Below, one piece after another: positions 7,133 to 15,795 of a stretch of 45,002 nucleotides of DNA. The position numbers were made by a program, and so were the translations under genes. Source of the DNA: Clostridia bacterium. GTDB lineage: Bacteria; Bacillota; Clostridia; Oscillospirales; CAG-272. Numbering within the stretch: position 1 is the stretch's first letter; each line of letters opens with the position of its first letter. The stretch is from positions 1 through 45,002 of the forward strand of contig JAFNZX010000220.1 in assembly GCA_017382615.1 (NCBI GenBank). The letters run 5' to 3'. A model generated the notes under the pieces. It was given only the letters and a program-made list of their open reading frames with translations. It had not been told where the DNA came from and made no database searches.

Positions 7133-9637
7133 ATGAAACGAAAATCAGCATTGATCCTTTCCTTATTGCTTGCGGTGTGCACGTTGGCTTGCTGTCAATC
7201 CGGCGATCCACCGCCTTCCCCCGACAGCACAACGACCACTCTTCCCGAACAGACACAAGCAGAGCTCACTGACGACAAAGAACAGCAAGGAGTGCCCATG
7301 GAAAACGTTACAACGTATCAAAATCCCCTGCTTGACTACCAAAGTGACCATGCGTGGCGCGGCTACGGCTTTGGAGATCCGTTCGTCATGCGCTACAACG
7401 GCACGTATTATTTGTACGTCAGCACCAAGGACGGCAGCGTAGGCATCAAGTGCTGGTCCTCGCCTGACCTTGTGAACTGGACGTACGAGGGACTGTGCTC
7501 GCAAGACCCTGTCACCAAAAGCGCATACGCCCCCGAGGTCTACTACTACAACGGTTATTTTTATATGTACACCTCACCTGCCGGTAACGGACACTACGTT
7601 TTGCGCAGCACCTATCCCACCAAGGATTTCAAGGTCGTAACAGATAATATGGGGATGTCCATCGACGGATCTGTCTTTATTGACAACGACGGAAAGTGGT
7701 ATTTCTACACTGCCGGGCACGGTGCTCTGAAGGTCTACGACATGGTCTCCCCCACGCAAATGCGCCGCGGCACAAGCCTTTCCTGCGCCACAGTCAACGG
7801 TGCGTGGACGGAGGGCGCAATGGTGGTTTATCACGATGGCTACTATTACCTCACTTATACAGGCAACCACGTGCTCAGCCCCTCCTACCGCATTCTTTAC
7901 GGTGTTTCGGACAGCTCTCCGCTCAATTTTGACAGTATGCCCGATCAAAACCCGCTTTTGATCAGCACCGCGGGCGATATTTTGGGCATTGGACACAGCT
8001 CAACCGTAAAGGGTCCCGATCTCGACAGCTATTATATCGTCTATCACGCCCTGCTTGATACAATGCCCAATCGCACCATGAACATTGACCGCATTGTGTT
8101 CAACGGCAAGAAAATGGAGATCGTCGGTCCCACCGTCACACCGCAGCAGGTGCCCGACATGCCCGACGTTTACCACCATTTCGCCCCCGGTTCTTCCCTA
8201 AAGGGTTGGTCCCTGATTGGCTCGCTGACTGCAGGCAGCGGTGGGCTATGCCTGACCGCGGACAGCATGCTGGTATGCAAAACACCCTTCTTGGGTGACT
8301 TTACTGCCGAATACAACGTTACCTCAATTGCACAGGGATGCTTGGCAGGCGCGCTCTTTGCATATACCGATGCAGAGAATTTCGGTGCTTGCTACTTCTC
8401 CCCCGATACGCAAAAGCTCATCATTGAGTTCACGGTAGCAGGAGAGACCACGCGCACCGAAGCAGATACCGTCCGCTCCTTCGGGGAGGATACGCGCTTT
8501 GACTGCCTGCAAGCCTTGCAGATTGAGCGAAGCGGCAGCACCTACACCTTTTATATGAACGACCGCCTTGTGTGCACGCTGGAAAACTCTGCCCTTGTCG
8601 GCGGTGCGATCGGCTATATCAGCAAGGGCGGTGAGGCATCCTTCGGCTTTATCGGCGGCACAGGTGCCGTGGGCGGCTACGGTGCTGCAGATCAGTTCAC
8701 AACCGTTTCGGACAAGGCAGGCTTTATCCCCGCTTATCAAGCCACAAACGCCCCCGAAACCCTTACTTCGGCACAAGGCGAGCGCGTCGTTCCCATGTAT
8801 GCGGACACTGCGCTTTGTTATCGCATTCTGGCAGCCGAGAGCGGCTCGTACGACCTTGCCCTGCTCTGCCATGACGTCAAGGGCGGCGCAGCAATCGAGC
8901 TGTACGTAGACGATAAATCCGTTGGCACGTACGCGCTTGACGGCTCTGACCAATACACCAACACTGCCGTTCTGCGCACGATTCCACTCTCAAAAGGACA
9001 ACACGTGATAACGATCAAGCTCACGTCAGGCAGCCTGCTGGCAGAAAGCCTTACGATTCGGAAAGGAGAAGCCGTCACGCAGTTCTCCCTGACCTTTGAA
9101 AATGACCTGCAAGCTCCCGCGTACCAAGACGGTGGCTGGGAGATCAAAAACGGCACACTGCGCACGTCGGACGGCAGTCGCTTCGGCAAGGTGTTGTACG
9201 GCTCACCTAACTGGGGAGATTACCAAGCGCAGGTCACTCTAACCCCCTCCTCTTCCCCCAACTGCGGACTATTGGTGCGCGCCACCAACCCGGGCAATCC
9301 CGCCTTTCTTGGCACACAGCCATCGCATAACGATGCGGTAACTGCAACGGACTGGGTGCAGGGCTACTTTGTGGGACTGACGGGCGAGGGCGTGATCCTT
9401 GGCAAGCAAGGATACGGATACACGGAGCTTGCCCGCGCCGACGGACAATTCCGCGCAGGAAAAGCGTATACGCTTAAGGTCATCTGTACCGGAGCACGCA
9501 TACAGGTTTACGTAGACGGTACACTGTACCTGGACTACACAGACCCCGACCCTTATATGCAGGGTATGGTAGGCATACGCACGCACAATTGCTTTGCCGC
9601 CTTTGACAACCTGCTCATCACCCCCGCCGGGCAATAA
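7133..9637 (+). CDS. secreted multidomain glycoside hydrolase family 43 protein (GH43 beta-propeller + ConA-like + CBM-like + DUF1080/3-keto-disaccharide-hydrolase-like domain)
   Basis: 834 aa with the signal peptide MKRKSALILSLLLAVCTLACC. GH43 blade motifs are present: GDPFVMRYNGTYYLYVS, APEVYYYNGYFYMYTS, DGSVFIDNDGKWYFY and TEGAMVVYHDGYYYLTYTG. The C-terminal WEIKNGTLRT...GLLVRATN...GYFVGL...YTLKVICTGARIQVYVDG...GMVGIRTHN resembles DUF1080. Confidence 0.85.
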   Translation: MKRKSALILSLLLAVCTLACCQSGDPPPSPDSTTTTLPEQTQAELTDDKEQQGVPMENVTTYQNPLLDYQSDHAWRGYGFGDPFVMRYNGTYYLYVSTKDGSVGIKCWSSPDLVNWTYEGLCSQDPVTKSAYAPEVYYYNGYFYMYTSPAGNGHYVLRSTYPTKDFKVVTDNMGMSIDGSVFIDNDGKWYFYTAGHGALKVYDMVSPTQMRRGTSLSCATVNGAWTEGAMVVYHDGYYYLTYTGNHVLSPSYRILYGVSDSSPLNFDSMPDQNPLLISTAGDILGIGHSSTVKGPDLDSYYIVYHALLDTMPNRTMNIDRIVFNGKKMEIVGPTVTPQQVPDMPDVYHHFAPGSSLKGWSLIGSLTAGSGGLCLTADSMLVCKTPFLGDFTAEYNVTSIAQGCLAGALFAYTDAENFGACYFSPDTQKLIIEFTVAGETTRTEADTVRSFGEDTRFDCLQALQIERSGSTYTFYMNDRLVCTLENSALVGGAIGYISKGGEASFGFIGGTGAVGGYGAADQFTTVSDKAGFIPAYQATNAPETLTSAQGERVVPMYADTALCYRILAAESGSYDLALLCHDVKGGAAIELYVDDKSVGTYALDGSDQYTNTAVLRTIPLSKGQHVITIKLTSGSLLAESLTIRKGEAVTQFSLTFENDLQAPAYQDGGWEIKNGTLRTSDGSRFGKVLYGSPNWGDYQAQVTLTPSSSPNCGLLVRATNPGNPAFLGTQPSHNDAVTATDWVQGYFVGLTGEGVILGKQGYGYTELARADGQFRAGKAYTLKVICTGARIQVYVDGTLYLDYTDPDPYMQGMVGIRTHNCFAAFDNLLITPAGQ

Positions 9638-9687
9638 AAAAGTAATTTAAAATTTATTCTAAATCTTAAAAGAAAGGACCACTACCC

Positions 9688-11556
9688 ATGAAAAAAGTAT
9701 TGTCTATGCTTTTGCTTGCGCTGATGTGCGCGTCTCTGTTCGCATGCACGCCCGATCAGCCAATTGAGCAAGGCACGCAAGCACCGCAAACCGATCCCAC
9801 TGACGCAACGACCGACGCAACAACCGACGCCTCTACCGAGGAAGCAACCACACCCGGACAAGAGGAAACAACCGACGAGCCCGAGCCTCCCGCTCCCCAG
9901 CCCGTTGCACTGTACCAGTTAGCTCCCGAAAAGAACAGCCTGCTGCAATCCTACGTTATCAAGACCGCGAACGGCAAGCTGATCGTCATTGACGGCGGCG
10001 TTGACGGTACAGGCAAGGATCATCCTGCCTACATGCCCGCTGCACTGCGTGCCATTGCAGGCGTTGGCGAAGGCGATTACTTCGAGGTAGAGGCATGGTT
10101 CCTCTCCCACGCGCACAAGGATCACATGTACGAGCTTTCCAAGATGCTCTCGGATTACAGCGCAGACTCCAACTACAAGATCAACAACATCTATTTCGAT
10201 TTCCCCAACTTCGGCAGCGAGGAATACCCCGGCAACAATGCCGATATGGAGATCTCGAAGATCCGCGAGAACCTGAACAAGTACGGCGAGGTGATCGGTG
10301 CCGGTGCAAATTATTACGATCAGATCAACGGCGCGCTCATCAACAAAGAATCCGTTTCCAAGGGTCTGTCCCTGGAGATCGACGGTGTGCGCATTGACGT
10401 GCTGCAGACATGGGACGCAGCAGACGGCACCTCCAATATCAATGACACCTCTATCGTACTTCGCATGACCATTGGCGAGCAGAAGGTGCTCTTCCTCAAC
10501 GACCTGGGCGCAATCGGCGGCAGACGCCTGCTTGCAACCTACGGCGACGCACTCAAGAGTGACATCGTACAAATGGCGCACCACGGTCAGGGCGGCGTAA
10601 ACAAGGATGTATACGACGCCATCGACGCACAGGTACATCTGTGGCCCACGCCTATCTGGGTATGGAACAACGCAGAAGGCACTTATCAGATCGACGAGGT
10701 CAGAGAATGGCTGTACGGCAAGAACTTCTTGGAATCCGACGAATACGACATCGTCGCAAGCCTGTATCAAAGCTATCCCAAAAAGATTAACCGTGTCAAC
10801 GCATGGAGAGACGTTCTGGACGGCATGAAGATCGAGTTCCCCTACGTTCTTCCCGAGCGCATCATTGAAACCACCGAGGCTACTACTGCAGAGCCCATCG
10901 AGCCCGTTGAGCATAATTACGTCAAGGATGGTCTGGTTGCCTACTATTCCGGCACGCAGAGCACCCGCGGCGGTCATAATACAAGCTCCGACGTATGGGA
11001 GGATCTGGTTGGCGGTCACGATATGAAGATCACCAAAAACGACAGCAATTACTTCTCCGAGCAGGGCTTGCGCGCAAGCAACGCCAAGCACAACTTCCCC
11101 GATGCCATTGTAGAGACAGTCAACGGGCAGGCGTTTACCATCGAGCTTTTGTTTGGCGACTTTACCTCCATTGGTAGCAACTTCAACACCTTTATCAGCA
11201 GCGCAGACGACCATTTCGCACTCTTCCGCCGCAACGATGGGAACGTTCTGGAGCTCAAGACGTTGGGTAACGGACGTATCAAGATCCAGGGCGGACTTGA
11301 AAAACTGCAAAACACGCTGATCACTATTACCTACGCGCAGAGCGGAAAGTGCTGCATTTACGTAAACGGTGTACTCGCAGGAGAGATCAACACGGCACCC
11401 GGCTCTTTGAGCGCAGGCAACTTCTTTATCGGTCACTCCGATCCCGCGAAGGCATTTGATACCACCTATCGCTCTATCCGCTTCTACAACCGCGCCCTGA
11501 CGGCAGAAGAAGCAATGGCAAACGCCGTCACCGACGGTGTTGCAACAGCCAACTGA
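9688..11556 (+). CDS. lipoprotein with MBL-fold (ComEC-C-terminal-like) metallohydrolase domain fused to a LamG (Laminin_G_3) domain
   Basis: 622 aa. The signal peptide is MKKVLSMLLLALMCASLFAC, followed by a DATTDATTDASTEEATTP linker. MBL motifs are present: EAWFLSHAHKDHMYEL and QMAHHGQGG. The C-terminal LamG module runs from LVAYYSG...WEDLVGGHD to YRSIRFYNRALTAEEA. Confidence 0.75.
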   Translation: MKKVLSMLLLALMCASLFACTPDQPIEQGTQAPQTDPTDATTDATTDASTEEATTPGQEETTDEPEPPAPQPVALYQLAPEKNSLLQSYVIKTANGKLIVIDGGVDGTGKDHPAYMPAALRAIAGVGEGDYFEVEAWFLSHAHKDHMYELSKMLSDYSADSNYKINNIYFDFPNFGSEEYPGNNADMEISKIRENLNKYGEVIGAGANYYDQINGALINKESVSKGLSLEIDGVRIDVLQTWDAADGTSNINDTSIVLRMTIGEQKVLFLNDLGAIGGRRLLATYGDALKSDIVQMAHHGQGGVNKDVYDAIDAQVHLWPTPIWVWNNAEGTYQIDEVREWLYGKNFLESDEYDIVASLYQSYPKKINRVNAWRDVLDGMKIEFPYVLPERIIETTEATTAEPIEPVEHNYVKDGLVAYYSGTQSTRGGHNTSSDVWEDLVGGHDMKITKNDSNYFSEQGLRASNAKHNFPDAIVETVNGQAFTIELLFGDFTSIGSNFNTFISSADDHFALFRRNDGNVLELKTLGNGRIKIQGGLEKLQNTLITITYAQSGKCCIYVNGVLAGEINTAPGSLSAGNFFIGHSDPAKAFDTTYRSIRFYNRALTAEEAMANAVTDGVATAN

Positions 11557-11568
11557 ACACATACAAAC

Positions 11569-11595
11569 AGCCCCTGATGCGACGCATCAGGGGCT
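11569..11595. terminator. bidirectional terminator hairpin between convergent genes
   Basis: agcccctgatgc (11569-11580) pairs with gcatcaggggct (11584-11595). On the plus strand it is followed by ttctt. Confidence 0.7.
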
Positions 11596-11609
11596 TTCTT
11601 ATTCTGACA

Positions 11610-13085
11610 TCATTCCAGGTCTTCCAATTTGGAGTTGAGCTTGGCAAGGCTCTTCTTCGCCTTGCTTCTCATTTTTTCATAGGAGGAGGACACGGTATTC
11701 TGCTTACTCTCCGCAATATCGCGCAGCGTCTGCAGCGGCTTTTCCAAGGAGTTGGTGTAGATCAAGCCCGGATCGACCTTGACGTTTGCAAAGATCAGAT
11801 CCAGCATCTCCCAAGCAACGGGATCGCTCATGTACTTACGCTTGACCGCGATTTCATAATAAGCAGGCTTGACGGTACGGGCGGATTCAGACGCCATAAC
11901 CTCAAGCGTTGCACCGAGCATTTCCAATCTGTTCTGCGCTGCAGAAGACGGAATGGCAAATACGGTAAACTGATCGTGCATCTGCGAGCGATAACCCTTT
12001 TGATCGGTGCTGTACTTGGGAATGGGCACGATACCGTATTGCTGCTTCATATTGCGCACGTCACCCTGCTCAACCGCCACCAGGCGCAGCGTAGTCATGG
12101 CGCACTCGCCCTTGGCAAAGAGATTGCGGATCTTATCCTGCTCCACATTGTCCGCCTCGGGAAGATACAGGTTCGTACCGCCGCAATCATAGTACAAATT
12201 CAGGATCTTATCCATCACGTCGGACAGCTGCGCAATATCCACCACGTATTCGTAATAGCCGTCGGCATCCTTTTCTACCACAGACAGATCGCACGATGCC
12301 CAATAGGGGTCGGTGCATATACCGGGGCAAGTGATCAATCCAAAGAAATCGCCCTCGTCCTTCTTTCCCGATCCGTTGGTATCGCGGTAAAAATTCTTAG
12401 CAAGGGATGCCTGATAATCCAGCGTCCATTCTTCATTGCTCACCGCCTCGTACAGATACGGCACGCTGCTGTTATCAAACTCGTCCTTGTTGAACAGCGT
12501 CACAAAGGTGAATCTGTACGTGGACAGCGCAATATCTCCCGTTGCAGTATACTGCTTGCCAAGAAAAGACATGCTCTCGTTGTATCCCTGCATCCAATAC
12601 GATTGATCCAGATCCAAATACGTCAGATTGGTCAGATCGTAAAACGTGCCTTCGGAGACCGTTGCCGTCACGGCATACGCCGAGGCTGCCAGCAGATCAT
12701 ACTCATCCGATCCCGCCTTGACCGCCCGCTTGATCTCCTCGATCGGCTTGTGCTGATTGGGATCGTCAATGGGGCAAGACACGATATTGACGCCAAGTCG
12801 GTCACTGATCGTCACGTTACGGTTGAACATAGCATCGTTGACCGGATCGGAATTTTGCTCCGGCACGGCAATTTCGTCTGCAGTCCAGCCAAACATGGAG
12901 CGATTGAGAACGGTGACGTCCTCCCCGTCATATTTCAGCTCCGCCGGAACACGGTCCAGCTGTACAGGGTCTGTGCTCTCCTCTGCAACGGTTGTATCGA
13001 CCGGTTGCTCCCCGGTTTCCGCACAGGAGGCAAACAAAGAAATCAAGGTGATACATACAAGGAATAACGCGCAAAGCTTTTTCAT
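11610..13085 (-). CDS. ABC-transporter extracellular solute-binding lipoprotein (large ~490 aa sugar-binding type), paralog A
   Basis: Track ORF 11610..13127, trimmed to MKKLCALFLVCITLISLFASC (ATG 13085..13083). It is clearly paralogous to 17196..18680 along its full length. The overall pattern fits family-1 SBPs (SDEYDL..., YWMQGYN..., GIVPIPKY). Confidence 0.75.
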   Translation of the reverse strand: MKKLCALFLVCITLISLFASCAETGEQPVDTTVAEESTDPVQLDRVPAELKYDGEDVTVLNRSMFGWTADEIAVPEQNSDPVNDAMFNRNVTISDRLGVNIVSCPIDDPNQHKPIEEIKRAVKAGSDEYDLLAASAYAVTATVSEGTFYDLTNLTYLDLDQSYWMQGYNESMSFLGKQYTATGDIALSTYRFTFVTLFNKDEFDNSSVPYLYEAVSNEEWTLDYQASLAKNFYRDTNGSGKKDEGDFFGLITCPGICTDPYWASCDLSVVEKDADGYYEYVVDIAQLSDVMDKILNLYYDCGGTNLYLPEADNVEQDKIRNLFAKGECAMTTLRLVAVEQGDVRNMKQQYGIVPIPKYSTDQKGYRSQMHDQFTVFAIPSSAAQNRLEMLGATLEVMASESARTVKPAYYEIAVKRKYMSDPVAWEMLDLIFANVKVDPGLIYTNSLEKPLQTLRDIAESKQNTVSSSYEKMRSKAKKSLAKLNSKLEDLE

Positions 13086-13117
13086 ATCATTCACTCTCCT
13101 TTTGATTCTTTGTGATA

Positions 13118-13147
13118 AGTATACCATATTCGGCGCAATCTTGTCAA
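13118..13147 (-). promoter_or_regulatory. SigA-type promoter for SBP paralog A
   Basis: The minus strand reads TTGACA (13147..13142), an 18 nt spacer, then TATACT (13123..13118). Confidence 0.6.
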
Positions 13148-13160
13148 CCGTGGCGCGATT

Positions 13161-13979
13161 TTATTGGTAAATGCACGCTTCCAGCAGCGCTTTGGCTTTC
13201 ATGATATCCGCAATCTGCTGCTCTCCGCTGATCTCGCGCTCAATGGTGATCGCACCGTCATATCCAAGCGTCTGCAAGCCCTTGATCAATGCAGGGAAAT
13301 TCACCATTCCCTCACCAAGCGGCGTTTCTTTCCCAAGCATTCTGCCGTCAGTCGGATAGCAGCCGTCCTTGGCGTGCACGTCGCGCACGTATTTGCCTAT
13401 CACGCCAAGCGCATCCACGGGATTTGCCTTTCCGTACAGGATCAGATTGGCGGGATCTAAATTGATGCCGAGATTGTCAAGCCCCACGTCATGCATGGTG
13501 CGCAGCAGCGTTACGGGTGTTTCCTGTCCCGTTTCAAACAGAAAATACTGTCCGTTCTGCGCGCAATGCCCGGCAACCGTGCGCACCGCCTGCACGACCT
13601 CTGCGTACAGCTCAGTATTCGGGTCCTCCGGGATAAATCCTACGTGCGTAGCGATCTGACCTGCCCCCAGCTTTGCGGCAAAATCCGAACCGCCAAGCAA
13701 TTCCTTGATGCGCGTTTCCCGGTACGCCTTGGGCACAAGACCCAAGGTCAAGGGTCCCTCGGTAAAATTCCAGCAAGCAGGCCCGCTCCAGCCGCACCAC
13801 GCAGTGGAAAGATGAATGCCATACCGCTGCAAAAGCGATTTTACCCAATGTGCTGTGTCGTCGGTCATCGCTTCGGTATATTGATAGTTCAACTGACACG
13901 ACGTAAATCCCAGCTCTGCCAGCTGCGCCAGCTTTGCCTCCAGGTGCGCATTCAGTCCGATAATTACACCAAGTTCCAT
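13161..13979 (-). CDS. sugar phosphate isomerase/epimerase (xylose-isomerase-like TIM barrel) 1
   Basis: 272 aa. Positions with a metal-ligand-like pattern are present: FLFETGQE, INLDPANL, DVHAKD and ITIERE. A GGGGAG RBS precedes the start. Confidence 0.8.
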   Translation of the reverse strand: MELGVIIGLNAHLEAKLAQLAELGFTSCQLNYQYTEAMTDDTAHWVKSLLQRYGIHLSTAWCGWSGPACWNFTEGPLTLGLVPKAYRETRIKELLGGSDFAAKLGAGQIATHVGFIPEDPNTELYAEVVQAVRTVAGHCAQNGQYFLFETGQETPVTLLRTMHDVGLDNLGINLDPANLILYGKANPVDALGVIGKYVRDVHAKDGCYPTDGRMLGKETPLGEGMVNFPALIKGLQTLGYDGAITIEREISGEQQIADIMKAKALLEACIYQ

Positions 13980-13981
13980 AA

Positions 13982-14899
13982 CTACTCCCCTTTTTTCAGT
14001 ATGTACTCACGATCGCGCAACAAGTTCTCTCGCAAGGAAACGCTGAGATTGTTCCAATAGAACGTTTCCAGCGAATATGCCCCCGCGTACCCGACGCGAT
14101 CCAATGCGTGCAGGCAGGCATCAAGATCCACCATACCCTCACCCAGCAGCGTATCGGTAATGTATCTGCCGTCACGAATCATATCCCAGCGGCGGCTTGC
14201 CGTTGTGCTTGTACGGTTCAGCTTATCATTTTCTATATGCAGATCCTTGAGGTGCACGTGCAGAATCTCTGCTGCATACCGCTCAAAGAATGCCGCGGGA
14301 TCACAGCCCACGTACAAGCTGTTTCCCGTATCGCCGCAAACGCCTACGCGATAGCCGCGCGCCTTCATGGCGTCGTAAAACAAGGAAAAGCCGTCCAATC
14401 CGTTGACGTAAAAGCCCTGCGGCTCGTACAGCACGGTCAGTCCGATACCGTTAGCATATGCTGCAACCTGTTCCGCACGCTCAAGCAGCGCGGGCAGAAG
14501 ATCCGCCACCGTTTGCGCCTTGCCGCACGGCGGCTCGTATCCGATCGTCAGCGTATGATGCAAAAAGGGCGAGCCCAATATTTTAGCATAATCCGCCGAT
14601 TTTTTTAAAACCTCAACTCCCGACAGGTTTTGCGCGGGTCCCAGCACGTCCGAAAGGATATTGATGCTGACGGAATAGCACGCACAACGCACACCGTGCG
14701 CGTCCATCTCTGCTCTTGTCCGTTGCGCAGCACCTGCATCGGCAAACAAAAACGTTGCCCCCGGACGGACTCCTTCTAATATTTCCGCAGCCCCGAACCC
14801 GCATCCACGCGCAAACCGTGCCGCCTCGGCAGCACTTTCCCTGCGCAAAATATCGGTAAAAAACGCATACATCGATAATTGCTCTGCCTTCATCATCAT
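13982..14899 (-). CDS. sugar phosphate isomerase/epimerase (xylose-isomerase-like TIM barrel) 2
   Basis: 305 aa with LYEPQ, CGDTGN, HVHLKD and YSLE motifs. It begins with three consecutive ATG codons (14899..14891). The start overlaps the upstream stop as ATGA. Confidence 0.8.
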   Translation of the reverse strand: MMMKAEQLSMYAFFTDILRRESAAEAARFARGCGFGAAEILEGVRPGATFLFADAGAAQRTRAEMDAHGVRCACYSVSINILSDVLGPAQNLSGVEVLKKSADYAKILGSPFLHHTLTIGYEPPCGKAQTVADLLPALLERAEQVAAYANGIGLTVLYEPQGFYVNGLDGFSLFYDAMKARGYRVGVCGDTGNSLYVGCDPAAFFERYAAEILHVHLKDLHIENDKLNRTSTTASRRWDMIRDGRYITDTLLGEGMVDLDACLHALDRVGYAGAYSLETFYWNNLSVSLRENLLRDREYILKKGE

Positions 14900-15795
14900 T
14901 CCTCAAAGCATCCGTATTCTGTCAGGACGCACTTTCCAAGCTCATACATATAGCGATCCGCCGCCAAGCGCAGGCTCAGCGGTGCTTTGGCAAGTCTGGA
15001 ATCCTTTGCAAACGGGCGCTTTTGCTCGGCTGTAGAAAAAATACCGCCCACCTCAAAGGTAAAATACCCCTCGTAGCCAATGTCCAGCAAGCCGTGCATA
15101 ACGGCATCCATGCTCATCGTGCCCAAAAACGGCAACAGATGCGCATCATGGTCACCGCGATTATCCTGTATATGCAACGCACGCACGTGGCTGCCAAGCA
15201 ATCGCAGCTCCTCGTCCTGCGGCATCTCCTGCAAATTGGCATGCCCTGCATCCCACACCGCGTGGAACAAAGGGTGATTGACGTATTCGATCAGCCCAAG
15301 CAGGTCGGTCGCATTGTCGATCCAGTATAGTCCCGGAACACTCATCTTATTAAAGTTTTCCACCAAAATATTGACGCCGTATTGCTCTGCGCGCTCCAAA
15401 AGCGGCATGAAAAACGCCTTGTTGGCATCAAAGGTCTGCTCTACGGTCAGCCCGTGTGCATAGCCCGAATGCACCACCAAATTCGGAATCCCCCATGCAC
15501 CGCAAGCATCCACGCAGCGCAGAGTGTCAGCCAAAAAGCTGCCGTCGGGATCGTTTAAGGGCGTACCCATGGGCGCGTGCGCCTGGATCAACCTCACGCC
15601 GATCTCCGCTGCCGCTGCATTGACCTGCGCAAAATACTCCTCGTAATGCTCGGAATACACGCCGTTACGGTGCTTATAGTCCATGCCGAAGTTATAATCC
15701 GCATATTGGAAGCCCGCTTCGCGCACATAGCGCAAGGCTTGGATCTGCGAATTCGTATATCCGCCAAAATCGCCCGTTGTCGTTGCTAATTTCAT
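14896..15795 (-). CDS. sugar phosphate isomerase/epimerase (xylose-isomerase-like TIM barrel) 3
   Basis: Track ORF 14896..15819, trimmed to MKLATTTGDF (ATG 15795..15793, ATGA overlap with the upstream stop). Motifs ILVENF, AVWDAGHA, ALHIQDN and FTFEV are present. Confidence 0.8.
   Translation of the reverse strand: MKLATTTGDFGGYTNSQIQALRYVREAGFQYADYNFGMDYKHRNGVYSEHYEEYFAQVNAAAAEIGVRLIQAHAPMGTPLNDPDGSFLADTLRCVDACGAWGIPNLVVHSGYAHGLTVEQTFDANKAFFMPLLERAEQYGVNILVENFNKMSVPGLYWIDNATDLLGLIEYVNHPLFHAVWDAGHANLQEMPQDEELRLLGSHVRALHIQDNRGDHDAHLLPFLGTMSMDAVMHGLLDIGYEGYFTFEVGGIFSTAEQKRPFAKDSRLAKAPLSLRLAADRYMYELGKCVLTEYGCFEE

Noticed and set aside
9798-9830. Short tandem nucleotide repeats (gacgcaacgacc-like), with similar repeats at about 6600-6700 and 33430-33530, considered as a CRISPR or VNTR element.
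   Set aside because: - They lie inside ORFs and encode Thr/Glu/Asp/Pro linker peptides.
- The units are only 9-12 bp and have no spacers, so they are not CRISPR-like.
9919-11562. Very long antisense ORFs of 484-624 aa. The set is 9919..11562(-), 11577..13067(+), 16938..18584(+), 19784..21238(-), 22384..24258(+), 25101..26798(+), 32025..33671(-) and 42541..44142(-).
   Set aside because: - For the four I checked by coordinate arithmetic (modulo 3), each lies in the codon-aligned antisense frame of a gene with strong homology signatures. The rest are assumed to behave the same way.
- That frame stays open simply because the sense genes avoid TTA, CTA and TCA codons.
- The translations are low-complexity and rich in R, H, V, G and L, with no recognisable motifs and no RBS.
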